Shown in pieces: positions 10,241-19,289 of a stretch of 64,000 bases of DNA (position 1 is its first letter; each line of letters starts with the position of its first letter). The notes under the pieces were generated by a model. The model did not search any database. It had not been told where the DNA came from and was given only the letters and a program-made list of their open reading frames with translations. This DNA comes from an uncultured Clostridia bacterium (lineage in GTDB: Bacteria; Bacillota; Clostridia; Christensenellales; UBA1242). A program made the position numbers and the translations under genes. The stretch is taken from the NCBI GenBank assembly GCA_944377165.1, contig CALWEJ010000001.1:43490-107489 (forward strand), given 5' to 3'.

Positions 10241-10293
10241 AATTTATTATTTGCAAATTTTAATATTTAATAAGTAATTTTGTAATTTTTTAG

Positions 10294-10322
10294 TTGAAAA
10301 AATACAGTTAATATATTATAAT
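10294..10322 (+). promoter_or_regulatory. sigma-A promoter of the miaB-mutSL-miaA operon
   Basis: TTGAAA-17-TATAAT, ending 9 nt before ATG 10332. No SD. Confidence 0.55.
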
Positions 10323-10331
10323 AATACTATT

Positions 10332-11666
10332 ATGAGTATAACAAATTTTGAAGGAAAAACATTTAACGTAGTCACTTATGGTTGCCAGATGAATGTGCAC
10401 GAATCTGAAAAAATACGTGGTATATTATCATCTTTAGGTATGATGGAAATTGACGACATAAATAAAGCTAATGTCGTAGTTTTTAATACTTGCTGTGTTA
10501 GAGAAGGCGCTGAAGATAGGGCTTATAACAATATAGTAGCTTTGAAGAAAATTAAAGCGACCGATAAGGATAAAATTATCGTTGTTTGTGGCTGTATGTC
10601 GCAACAGAAGAACGGTAAGTATAACTTAAAGACAAAATTACCTTTTGTTGACATTATCATAGGCACACATAACATAAACCAACTCGCAAATTATCTTATT
10701 ACATTTAATGAAACACATAAGCGCATATATGATATTTTAGAAGAACCTAATGCAAGTGTGGACGGAGTCAAATGCGTGCGTGACGACAAAACAAATGCGT
10801 ATGTTAATATTATCTATGGTTGCAATAAATTTTGTACGTATTGTATTGTTCCGTATGTACGCGGTCGTGAGAAAAGTCGCCCTGTGAAAGAAATATATGA
10901 TGAAGTAAAAGATTTAGTTCAAAATCAGGGCTATAAATTCATTACACTTTTAGGGCAGAACGTTAATTCATACGGCAAAGATTTAGATGAAAAAATGACT
11001 TTCAGTAAGTTATTGACTTATCTATGTACCATTGAAGGCGATTTCAAAATTAAATTTATGACATCACATCCAGTTGATTTCTCTGACGACTTAATTAAAG
11101 TTATGAAAAATGAGCCTAAGGTCGCTAAAACTTTGCATTTACCTGTACAGTCGGGGAGTAGTAAAGTGTTGGCACGTATGAACCGCCATTATGACATTAA
11201 ACATTATTATCACATAATAAAGAAATTGCGTCGAGCTATACCTAATATTACACTTTCGACTGACATTATTGTTGGATTCCCTGGAGAGAGTGAAAAAGAT
11301 TTTAATCAAACATTAAAACTTATAAAGAAGGTTAAATTTGACCAGATATTTGCTTTTATGTATTCAAAGCGCTCAGGAACACCAGCCGCCGAATTCGAAG
11401 ACCAAATCGATGATAAAATAAAAAATGCACGCATAAACAAATTACTTCGCCTTGAAAAGATAATTCAAAAGGACACTATTAAAAAGTATTTTAATAAGAC
11501 ATATGATTGTTTAATTAAGCAAATCAATGGTGTTGCTGTCGGAATCACAGACGGGGGGAAAGAAATATATATTCCTACATATAGATACAATAATCAAAAC
11601 TATTTTGCTAAAGTTAGAGTAGAAGATATCCGTAATCATAAACTTTCAGGAGTAATTGTTAAATGA
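10332..11666 (+). CDS. miaB: tRNA-2-methylthio-N6-dimethylallyladenosine synthase
   Basis: TYGCQMN.. N-terminal domain, radical-SAM CxxxCxxC (CNKFCTYC) and a TRAM end. Confidence 0.9.
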   Translation: MSITNFEGKTFNVVTYGCQMNVHESEKIRGILSSLGMMEIDDINKANVVVFNTCCVREGAEDRAYNNIVALKKIKATDKDKIIVVCGCMSQQKNGKYNLKTKLPFVDIIIGTHNINQLANYLITFNETHKRIYDILEEPNASVDGVKCVRDDKTNAYVNIIYGCNKFCTYCIVPYVRGREKSRPVKEIYDEVKDLVQNQGYKFITLLGQNVNSYGKDLDEKMTFSKLLTYLCTIEGDFKIKFMTSHPVDFSDDLIKVMKNEPKVAKTLHLPVQSGSSKVLARMNRHYDIKHYYHIIKKLRRAIPNITLSTDIIVGFPGESEKDFNQTLKLIKKVKFDQIFAFMYSKRSGTPAAEFEDQIDDKIKNARINKLLRLEKIIQKDTIKKYFNKTYDCLIKQINGVAVGITDGGKEIYIPTYRYNNQNYFAKVRVEDIRNHKLSGVIVK

Positions 11667-14212
11667 AAAAGCCTAATGAACCATCACCAATAATTCAACA
11701 ATATCTTGCAATCAAAGAACAATATAAAGATTGCATATTGTTTTTTCGTTTAGGTGACTTTTATGAAATGTTTTTTGATGATGCAAAAATAGCTTCTAAA
11801 GAACTTGATTTAACCCTTACTGGCAAAGATTGTAGCCTTGACGAGAGAGCACCAATGTGCGGTGTGCCATACCACGCATACGAAAGCTATGCTCAAAAAT
11901 TGATAGAACGCGGATATAAAGTTGCCATCTGTGAGCAAACCGATAATATAGTAAATAAGATTGTTCAACGTGAAGTTGTACGAATTATAACTCCCGGTAC
12001 AGTAATGGAAACAAGTATGTTAAACGAAAGCCAAAATACATACATAATGTGTATTTACTATAATAAGAACACTATATCTTATGCTTATAGCGATTTATCT
12101 ACAGGCGAGTTTAACGTCGGAGAATATTCAGGGAATAACGTTATAGGATACATTAACGACCAAATAGTGCGAATAATGCCTAGTGAAATTATATGTAATC
12201 ATTTAATGATGGAAATTGCTAATAAACTCCCTATAATGCAATCGAACGATAAATATAGATTTAATGAATATTACGAGTGGGCATTCAATCCAACAAATGC
12301 TGAGAATGCAATTTTAAAGCAATACAATTTATCTTCAATTAAAGGATATGATTTTTCTAACAAAAATCTAATTTATCCTATTGGTGCGCTACTTGAATAT
12401 TTTAAAGAAACGCAAAAACGCGAACTAAAGCACTTAAAAATGCCAAGATTATTAAAAGATAGTCAATATATGTACCTTGATACTAATACGCGTCGAAACT
12501 TAGAGATAGAGCAGACGATGCGCGAAGGTGCTAAATACGGCTCATTGCTTTGGGTCCTAGACCAGACTTGTACAAGCGGTGGAGCGCGACTATTGCGTAA
12601 TTGGGTTAGACAACCTTTACAAAATAAAGCTGAAATAGATAATAGGTTAGATATGGTTCAATGCATAACTGAAGAATCTATTATACGCGCTAATTTAAAA
12701 CAATTATTGACAAGTGTACAAGATATTGAACGACTTGTCGGCAAAATTGCATATGGAAACATTACTCCTAAAGACTGTCTTGCACTTGCTCAATCTTTAG
12801 CACAAGAACCACAAATTAAACAGCAATTATTAGCTAGTAAAAATGCAAATCTTATCCATTTGGCAGACGATTTAGTAGATACTTTAGATGTAGTAAAACT
12901 TATTAATAGTACAATAGCAGAAAATCCGCCCGCTATAATGAAAGAAGGTGGTTATATACGTGCAGGATTTAATGAAAATCTTGATAAATTACGCAATATG
13001 AAGCAAAATGCAGAGAATGTAATTTTAGGGATACAAGCACGTGAACGTGAAGCCACTGGTATTAAAAATTTGAAGATAGGATATAACAAAGTCTTCGGTT
13101 ATTATATAGAAGTTAATAAACAATTTAGTGAATTAGTACCTTTCAATTATATTAGAAAACAAACTATTTCAAATAATGAAAGATATATAACGGAAGAATT
13201 AAAGCAGTTTGAGGAAGAAGTCCTTACTTCACACGAACAAGCAATAAAGTTAGAAGAAGAAATCTTTTCGAAATTGAAAGCTCAACTTGTAAATAACACT
13301 ATGATTATGCAGAGAGTTGCTATAGCTATTTCTACTATTGACTGCATATATTCGTTAGCAACTGTTGCTGTTTCAAATGGTTATACTCGTCCTAATATAA
13401 CTAATGAACGAACAATTAATATTGTTGCTGGTCGCCATCCAGTTGTAGAAAAAATGCAAAAGACTGGCGACTTTATTCCAAACGACTGTCTTTTAAACGA
13501 TAAAGAGCAACGAACAATCATTTTAACCGGTCCAAATATGGCAGGTAAGTCAACTTATATGCGTCAAGTGGCGCTTATAACCTATCTTGCGCATATAGGA
13601 AGTTTTGTCCCAGCTAAGAGCGCTGATATTTGCATTGTTGATAGAATATTCACACGTATAGGAGCTAGCGACGATTTAGCTGTCGGACAATCTACTTTTA
13701 TGGTTGAAATGATAGAAGTTGCTAACATACTAAATTTCGCTACAAATAATAGTCTAATTATATTAGACGAAGTTGGTAGGGGAACATCAACATTTGACGG
13801 CTTGAGTATTGCGTGGGCAGTTGTTGAATATCTATCCAAAAAATTGAGCGCAAAAACGTTATTTGCAACGCATTATCACGAATTAATGCAACTCGAAGGA
13901 TTATATGAAGGAATTAAAAATTTCTGCATATCTATTAAAGAAATAGGTGGCAAACTCGTCTTTTTAAGAAAAATAATGCGCGGTAGTGCTACAAGAAGTT
14001 ATGGTATTGAGGTCGCAAGTTTAGCAGGCCTTCCTAACGAAATTATTAGTAGAGCCAAAGAATTAATTAAAGAATTTGAAAATGAAAAAATATCTAACAA
14101 TGCACAACAAGAAAGTGAGATAATAGATATCTTAAAAGAGATAGACATCAATAATTTAACTCCTCTTGTAGCTTTTGATACACTATCACGTCTAATTGAT
14201 ATAGTTAAATAA
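11663..14212 (+). CDS. mutS: DNA mismatch repair protein MutS
   Basis: PIIQQYL..FFRLGDFYE, a Walker A (GPNMAGKST) and TH(Y)HEL. Confidence 0.95.
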   Translation: MKKPNEPSPIIQQYLAIKEQYKDCILFFRLGDFYEMFFDDAKIASKELDLTLTGKDCSLDERAPMCGVPYHAYESYAQKLIERGYKVAICEQTDNIVNKIVQREVVRIITPGTVMETSMLNESQNTYIMCIYYNKNTISYAYSDLSTGEFNVGEYSGNNVIGYINDQIVRIMPSEIICNHLMMEIANKLPIMQSNDKYRFNEYYEWAFNPTNAENAILKQYNLSSIKGYDFSNKNLIYPIGALLEYFKETQKRELKHLKMPRLLKDSQYMYLDTNTRRNLEIEQTMREGAKYGSLLWVLDQTCTSGGARLLRNWVRQPLQNKAEIDNRLDMVQCITEESIIRANLKQLLTSVQDIERLVGKIAYGNITPKDCLALAQSLAQEPQIKQQLLASKNANLIHLADDLVDTLDVVKLINSTIAENPPAIMKEGGYIRAGFNENLDKLRNMKQNAENVILGIQAREREATGIKNLKIGYNKVFGYYIEVNKQFSELVPFNYIRKQTISNNERYITEELKQFEEEVLTSHEQAIKLEEEIFSKLKAQLVNNTMIMQRVAIAISTIDCIYSLATVAVSNGYTRPNITNERTINIVAGRHPVVEKMQKTGDFIPNDCLLNDKEQRTIILTGPNMAGKSTYMRQVALITYLAHIGSFVPAKSADICIVDRIFTRIGASDDLAVGQSTFMVEMIEVANILNFATNNSLIILDEVGRGTSTFDGLSIAWAVVEYLSKKLSAKTLFATHYHELMQLEGLYEGIKNFCISIKEIGGKLVFLRKIMRGSATRSYGIEVASLAGLPNEIISRAKELIKEFENEKISNNAQQESEIIDILKEIDINNLTPLVAFDTLSRLIDIVK

Positions 14213-14221
14213 GGAGAAGGA

Positions 14222-16192
14222 ATGGCAATTAATATACTAGATAGTATGACAATTAACCGAATTTCAGCTGGTGAAGTAGTTGAAAGTCCTTTTTCCATTG
14301 TCAAAGAATTAATCGATAATTCTTTAGATGCTGGTGCAACAAAGATTTCCATAGAAATTTTGAACGGTGGTATTGACTATATAAAGATTAAAGATAATGG
14401 TCACGGTATTGAAAAAGATGATTTGATTAAAGCTTTTTTACCGCACGCAACAAGCAAATTAAAAGATATTTCTGACCTTGATTCTATTTCTACATTAGGA
14501 TTTAGGGGAGAAGCATTAGCAAGTATCTCTAATGTAAGTCAAACACGTGTCGTATCTATTACAAAAGATAGTGATTGCGCTTATAGTCTAGAGGTCAATG
14601 GCGGAGTCTTTTCAGAAATAACTCCAGAGTCATTAGACGAAGGGACTAAAATTGAAGTTAATAATCTATTTTACAATACTCCCGCAAGAAGAAAATTTTT
14701 GAAAAAACCTAAAGCGGAAGAAAGCCAAATTACTAATATAGTGTCAAGATATATTCTAGCACATCCTAATGTAGTTTTTAAATATTCTGCTAACAATAAG
14801 ATAATTTTCCAATCAACTGGAAAATCATTATCAGACGCAATATATTGTGTATATGGTGCTGAATTTACACAGAATATAATGCATATTGATAAGACTATAG
14901 GTAATTTGCATCTATATGGTTATGTATCAAAAGTGGGCTACAGTAAACCAAATACTACCTATCAAACTTTAATGATAAATACCCGATATGTGATTGATGA
15001 AATTGTTTCTAAAGCTGTCTATATGGCAAATGAAGAATACCTTATGACTAGACAATTTCCAGTATATATACTTAATCTTGATATGCCTGCTATTGATGTT
15101 GATGTAAATGTTCATCCTAGTAAGATGAATGTCAAATTTGCAAATCCTAGCAAAATATATGATTTAGTATATACTGCTGTACGTGCAGCTATTTATAATT
15201 TCATTAATCCTAGACCGTCTTTTAGTGATAATTCGCTACAAAATTCTATAGATGTATCTGAAAATTTAATTAAGACGGATATAAATTCACTTAAAGAAAT
15301 TGAGTTAGAGCCTACGGCAATTAAACCAAATTTAAATTATACTTTACGTCAAACATCGTATTCACCAATAACTATTTTTGATTTAAAAAATGAACTAAAA
15401 TCAGAAAATCCTAACAATGTTAATGCTAACAGCGAAAAACCTTATATCCCTGCAAATACAGAAAATAGTGTTTCTAATATTACATTAGATAAAAATAATA
15501 CTATTACTAGTAATGAAAATGCTATTGAAACTAATAATCAGCAAGTCATTGATAAAGAAGCTAAAGTAAACAATGAAGATAAGGTAAACAATAAAGATTA
15601 TATTAATATTGAAGATTCTGTAGAATATAAGATTGTAGGTCAATTATTTAACGAGTTTTTAATTTTAGAGTACAAAGACAATATGTTATTAATAGATTTT
15701 CACGCTGGTCACGAACGTTTAAATTATGACAAATTTACAGAAATGGTAAATAAACGAGATGTAGTCGTTCAGAATCTTTTAATTCCTTACGTACACGAAT
15801 TAACTTCCAACGAAGTTGAATTTATATTGACGTTGAAAGACGAATTGTCTAATTTAGGCTTTGATATTGATTCATTCGGTGATAATAAAATAATAATTAA
15901 TGCCGTGCCTATGCAACTTAAAGATATAAATTTGAAAGAATTTGTCAATGATTTAGTGCACGATATGAAGAATCTAAGACCTAATATGAATAACGAGATT
16001 CGCCATTATTTAATGCAAAAAGCGTGCAAATCAAGTGTGCGTTCTGGTCAAACTTTAAATGAAATGGAGATAAGGGAACTGCTTAAAAATTTAGATATGA
16101 AAAATCCTGTTCTTTTATGTCCGCACGGTAGGCCTGTTATTACAGTAATTAATAGAGCGCAAATAGAAAAATGGTTTAAGAGAATAGTATGA
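14222..16192 (+). CDS. mutL: DNA mismatch repair protein MutL
   Basis: IAAGEVVE-like N-terminus (RISAGEVVESP..ELIDNSLDAG) and C-terminal endonuclease region. The linker is N-rich. Confidence 0.95.
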   Translation: MAINILDSMTINRISAGEVVESPFSIVKELIDNSLDAGATKISIEILNGGIDYIKIKDNGHGIEKDDLIKAFLPHATSKLKDISDLDSISTLGFRGEALASISNVSQTRVVSITKDSDCAYSLEVNGGVFSEITPESLDEGTKIEVNNLFYNTPARRKFLKKPKAEESQITNIVSRYILAHPNVVFKYSANNKIIFQSTGKSLSDAIYCVYGAEFTQNIMHIDKTIGNLHLYGYVSKVGYSKPNTTYQTLMINTRYVIDEIVSKAVYMANEEYLMTRQFPVYILNLDMPAIDVDVNVHPSKMNVKFANPSKIYDLVYTAVRAAIYNFINPRPSFSDNSLQNSIDVSENLIKTDINSLKEIELEPTAIKPNLNYTLRQTSYSPITIFDLKNELKSENPNNVNANSEKPYIPANTENSVSNITLDKNNTITSNENAIETNNQQVIDKEAKVNNEDKVNNKDYINIEDSVEYKIVGQLFNEFLILEYKDNMLLIDFHAGHERLNYDKFTEMVNKRDVVVQNLLIPYVHELTSNEVEFILTLKDELSNLGFDIDSFGDNKIIINAVPMQLKDINLKEFVNDLVHDMKNLRPNMNNEIRHYLMQKACKSSVRSGQTLNEMEIRELLKNLDMKNPVLLCPHGRPVITVINRAQIEKWFKRIV

Positions 16193-17109
16193 TGAACAAT
16201 TTGATTATAATTACAGGACTTACCGCTAGTGGTAAAAGTAATTTAGCGCTAGAGATAGCTAAAAACTTTAACGGCGAAATTATATCGGCTGATAGTGTGC
16301 AAATATATCGTGGATTAGATATCGGTAGTGCTAAAGCAACTATTGAAGAGAGGTCGATAGTAAAACACCACTTAATAGACATTAAAAGGGTTAACGAAAC
16401 ATACAATGCTGGAGAATTTGTAAAAGATTGTAAGAAGGCTATCGAAGAGATAATTTCACGTAAGAAATTGCCAATAATAGTAGGGGGAACTGCATTGTAT
16501 ATTAAAGCTTTGTTAAATGGATATACATTTACTGAGCAACCTGCAGACTCAGGCTTTAGATTAAAATATCAGAACCTTGCTAAAGATTTTGGGAATGATT
16601 ACGTTTATAACTTATTAGTGGAAAAAAATCCAATTAAAGCTCAATCTGTTCATCCTAATAACTTAAAGCGAGTCATTAGATATCTTGAAATTGAAGAACA
16701 AGGCGAAATTCCTTCATTTAATCAAGATAAATTTATATCAAATTATAATGTTTGCGCGGTAGGGATAATAGAAGATAGAGAATCAATTTATGAAAAAATA
16801 AATGCGCGTGTTGATAAAATGATTTCACTTGGTCTGAAAGCCGAAGTTAAACATTTGATAGAAAACGGCGCTACAAAAACTTTACAGTCAATGAACAGCA
16901 TAGGATACAAAGAGTGGTTTGATTATTTTGAAGGCAAAAAGACATTAATCGATACCATTGAGCTTATCAAACAACATTCACGAAATTATTGTAAAAGGCA
17001 ATTAACTTTTTTGAAAACAATTGAACAACTAGATTTATGCGATATTAATACAGCCAAAAACAAAATTTATAATTTTTTAAAAGGAATAAATAATGATAAC
17101 AATAGATAA
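16189..17109 (+). CDS. miaA: tRNA dimethylallyltransferase
   Basis: GLTASGKS P-loop, DSVQIYRGLDIGSAK. Confidence 0.9.
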   Translation: MMNNLIIITGLTASGKSNLALEIAKNFNGEIISADSVQIYRGLDIGSAKATIEERSIVKHHLIDIKRVNETYNAGEFVKDCKKAIEEIISRKKLPIIVGGTALYIKALLNGYTFTEQPADSGFRLKYQNLAKDFGNDYVYNLLVEKNPIKAQSVHPNNLKRVIRYLEIEEQGEIPSFNQDKFISNYNVCAVGIIEDRESIYEKINARVDKMISLGLKAEVKHLIENGATKTLQSMNSIGYKEWFDYFEGKKTLIDTIELIKQHSRNYCKRQLTFLKTIEQLDLCDINTAKNKIYNFLKGINNDNNR

Positions 17110-18334
17110 AAAATTGTTAGATTTAGTAAATAATGCTGAGAAAAAATTAAGCGATAGTTTTAAAGAAATCGAAGAAATTGAATTTAAAAATCAATTAAAA
17201 GTTCTAAATGCATTTAATTCGAATCATATTCAGTCTTACCATTTTATAGGTAGTACAGGATATGGACATAATGATGTAGGAAAAGAGAAAATATCTGACG
17301 TTTTCGCTTCAGTTTTTCATACCGAATCTGCCTTTGTTAGTCCGCTAATAAGTTGTGGAACAGAGGCAATAAGTCAAGCACTTTTAGGTATATTGCGCCC
17401 TAAAGATAATATGCTATGCGTTTCTGGCACACCATATGATACCCTAAAAAAGGTCATATATGGAGTAGAAGGGAAAGATGTTGGTTCTTTGAAAGATTAT
17501 AATATTGGTTATAATGAGGTCGAATTAGTAAATAATGATTTTAATATTCCTGAGATTTTAAAGTCAATTAAAAATTATAATCCAAAAATCATATACATAC
17601 AACGTTCAAGAGGATATTCTTTACGAAACGCAATTACCATTTCTCAGATAGAAAAACTGATTAAATCAATTCGTCCCTTTACAAAAGCATATGTAGTAGT
17701 AGATAATTGCTATGGTGAATTTACTGAAGATAGAGAACCTACCGATGTTGGAGCAGATTTAGTTATCGGTTCACTACTTAAAAATATGGGTGGTGGTATT
17801 GCCCCAACTGGTGGCTATTTAGCTGGTAAAAAGGATTTAATAGAACTAATATCGTATAAACTTACAAGTCCAGCTTTAAGCACTGACACAGGTTCTTATG
17901 AGCCGGGGTATAAGCTATTTTTCGAAGGATTGTTTTTATCTCCACACGTGGTCGCTGAAAGTAAAAAGTTAGTAAAATTAACCTCAATGTGTTTAGCAAA
18001 ATTAGGCTATAAAACCATACCAAATATAAAGCAACCATTAAGTGATATAGTATGTACAATAGAATTTAACGATAAAAATAAGCTTATAAATTTCGCACGC
18101 GCGATACAATCTGCAAGTGCTATAGATAGTGATTCTGTTCTAGAAGCGGGAGAGATGGACGGATACGAAGACTTAATTATTATGGCAAGCGGAAGCTTTA
18201 ATCAGGGTAGTAGCATTGAATTAAGTTGTGATGGTCCAATGCGTGAGCCATATGCTGGATTTATACAGGGCTGTTTAACATATCAACACGGTAAAATAGG
18301 GTTAATTAATGCACTAAGTACTCTTGCGAAATAA
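17093..18334 (+). CDS. methionine gamma-lyase family (aluminium-resistance/YnbB-like) PLP protein
   Basis: Conserved position after miaA in Firmicutes, with family-like N-terminus and size. Confidence 0.7.
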   Translation: MITIDKKLLDLVNNAEKKLSDSFKEIEEIEFKNQLKVLNAFNSNHIQSYHFIGSTGYGHNDVGKEKISDVFASVFHTESAFVSPLISCGTEAISQALLGILRPKDNMLCVSGTPYDTLKKVIYGVEGKDVGSLKDYNIGYNEVELVNNDFNIPEILKSIKNYNPKIIYIQRSRGYSLRNAITISQIEKLIKSIRPFTKAYVVVDNCYGEFTEDREPTDVGADLVIGSLLKNMGGGIAPTGGYLAGKKDLIELISYKLTSPALSTDTGSYEPGYKLFFEGLFLSPHVVAESKKLVKLTSMCLAKLGYKTIPNIKQPLSDIVCTIEFNDKNKLINFARAIQSASAIDSDSVLEAGEMDGYEDLIIMASGSFNQGSSIELSCDGPMREPYAGFIQGCLTYQHGKIGLINALSTLAK

Positions 18335-18631
18335 GAAAGTATTTAATTAGATGCTTTTTTTATGCAAGTAATATGCTTTTTTGTTAGTACATATTTAGTA
18401 CATTCATAACTTCAAAAACTTTTATTTTAAAATATACATTCAAGATTTGTATAATAACAATAAAAGGTATTTAATAAACCTTTACAGATTAACAGATGAG
18501 ATTAGAAAAATGCAAAATTCATCACAATATTACTATGCTAAAAACTAATATAAACTAATAAATATAGGGTAGAGATAACAAAAAATAACCAATATAATGA
18601 AATTTAAGCAAAGAATATCTTATAATAGCCT

Positions 18632-18815
18632 TGTGGAAAAATATAGAGTGGGGCAAAAATCTATACATATATCTTTGCGCAAAACTCTTCTTTTGCGCAA
18701 AGATATTATCATTTTGAGCTAAAATCCTGTGGAAATGCCATTTTTTATCCACAAATATCAAATTATTATTTTTCTTCTGACATTATTCGGCAATATTTAT
18801 ATCTAATTGTCCACA
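18632..18815. promoter_or_regulatory. cluster of four DnaA-box-like 9-mers
   Basis: TGTGGAAAA 18632-18640 (1 mismatch, reverse). TGTGGAAAT 18728-18736 (2 mismatches, reverse). TTATCCACA 18745-18753 (perfect). TTGTCCACA 18807-18815 (1 mismatch). Confidence 0.45.
18669..18706. repeat. perfect palindrome: 16-nt inverted arms around a 6-nt spacer
   Basis: ATATCTTTGCGCAAAA-CTCTTC-TTTTGCGCAAAGATAT, read directly from the sequence. Confidence 0.95.
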
Positions 18816-19126
18816 TATTAATTTTAATGAATTTTTGCTAAATATCTTTATATAACACCTTAGATTATTTTTATAATATTACTGTCAATGAAATCTGCTA
18901 TTTGATATTTTTTTTAATAATCCTTCATCTAAATTAATTCCAATTCGTCTGAGCGCAGATTAGACGAACTACTTAATTTACTAATAGTTGTTTTGCTACC
19001 GTTTCAGTTAAAATAAAATCGAATAATTCAATTTGTTAATTGAATAACTATATTCTTAATTATATTATGACAGTATCACACTCACTTAGTTATCTGAATA
19101 TGTCAAATTATATGTTATAAGATTAT

Positions 19127-19155
19127 ATTTTATCAAATTTGTATCTTTGCGTAAA
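19127..19155 (-). promoter_or_regulatory. orphan promoter-like element pointing into the ORF-free spacer
   Basis: On the minus strand: TTTACG-17-TAAAAT with a TGA extended -10. The -35 lies inside the arm-motif copy. Confidence 0.35.
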
Positions 19156-19157
19156 AA
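19143..19157 (+). repeat. single copy of the palindrome arm (ATCTTTGCGTAAAAA)
   Basis: Matches the 18671-18684 arm 13 of 14, and the reverse complement of 20692-20706 15 of 15. Confidence 0.85.
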
Positions 19158-19223
19158 CATAAATTAACAGAATTAAAACTAATCTATAATTGATTTATCT
19201 TTTTATATTATTATCTTGCCAAT

Positions 19224-19257
19224 AAAAAATCATAAGCTATAAAACTTATGGTTTTTT
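19224..19257 (-). terminator. serS intrinsic terminator (bidirectional shape)
   Basis: CATAAG-8 nt-CTTATG stem flanked by A- and T-runs. Confidence 0.55.
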
Positions 19258-19289
19258 ATAAATTTATTAAAATTTATACTAATTATAAA

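Noticed and set aside
18555-18761. A 68-aa minus-strand ORF and a 42-aa plus-strand ORF (18597-18725, with a faint HTH-like SLVEKYRVGQKSIH) in the ORF-free spacer.
   Set aside because: Neither has an SD or a promoter-adjacent start. Both read straight through the palindrome and the DnaA boxes. Their composition is typical of random AT-rich ORFs. At most they are decayed remnants.
18632-18815. The DnaA-box cluster plus AT-rich DNA as the chromosomal origin (oriC).
   Set aside because: No dnaA or dnaN is nearby. Flanking genes converge on this region rather than diverging from it, and the large-scale polarity pattern points to a terminus. The cluster is kept only as a non-origin DnaA-box cluster.
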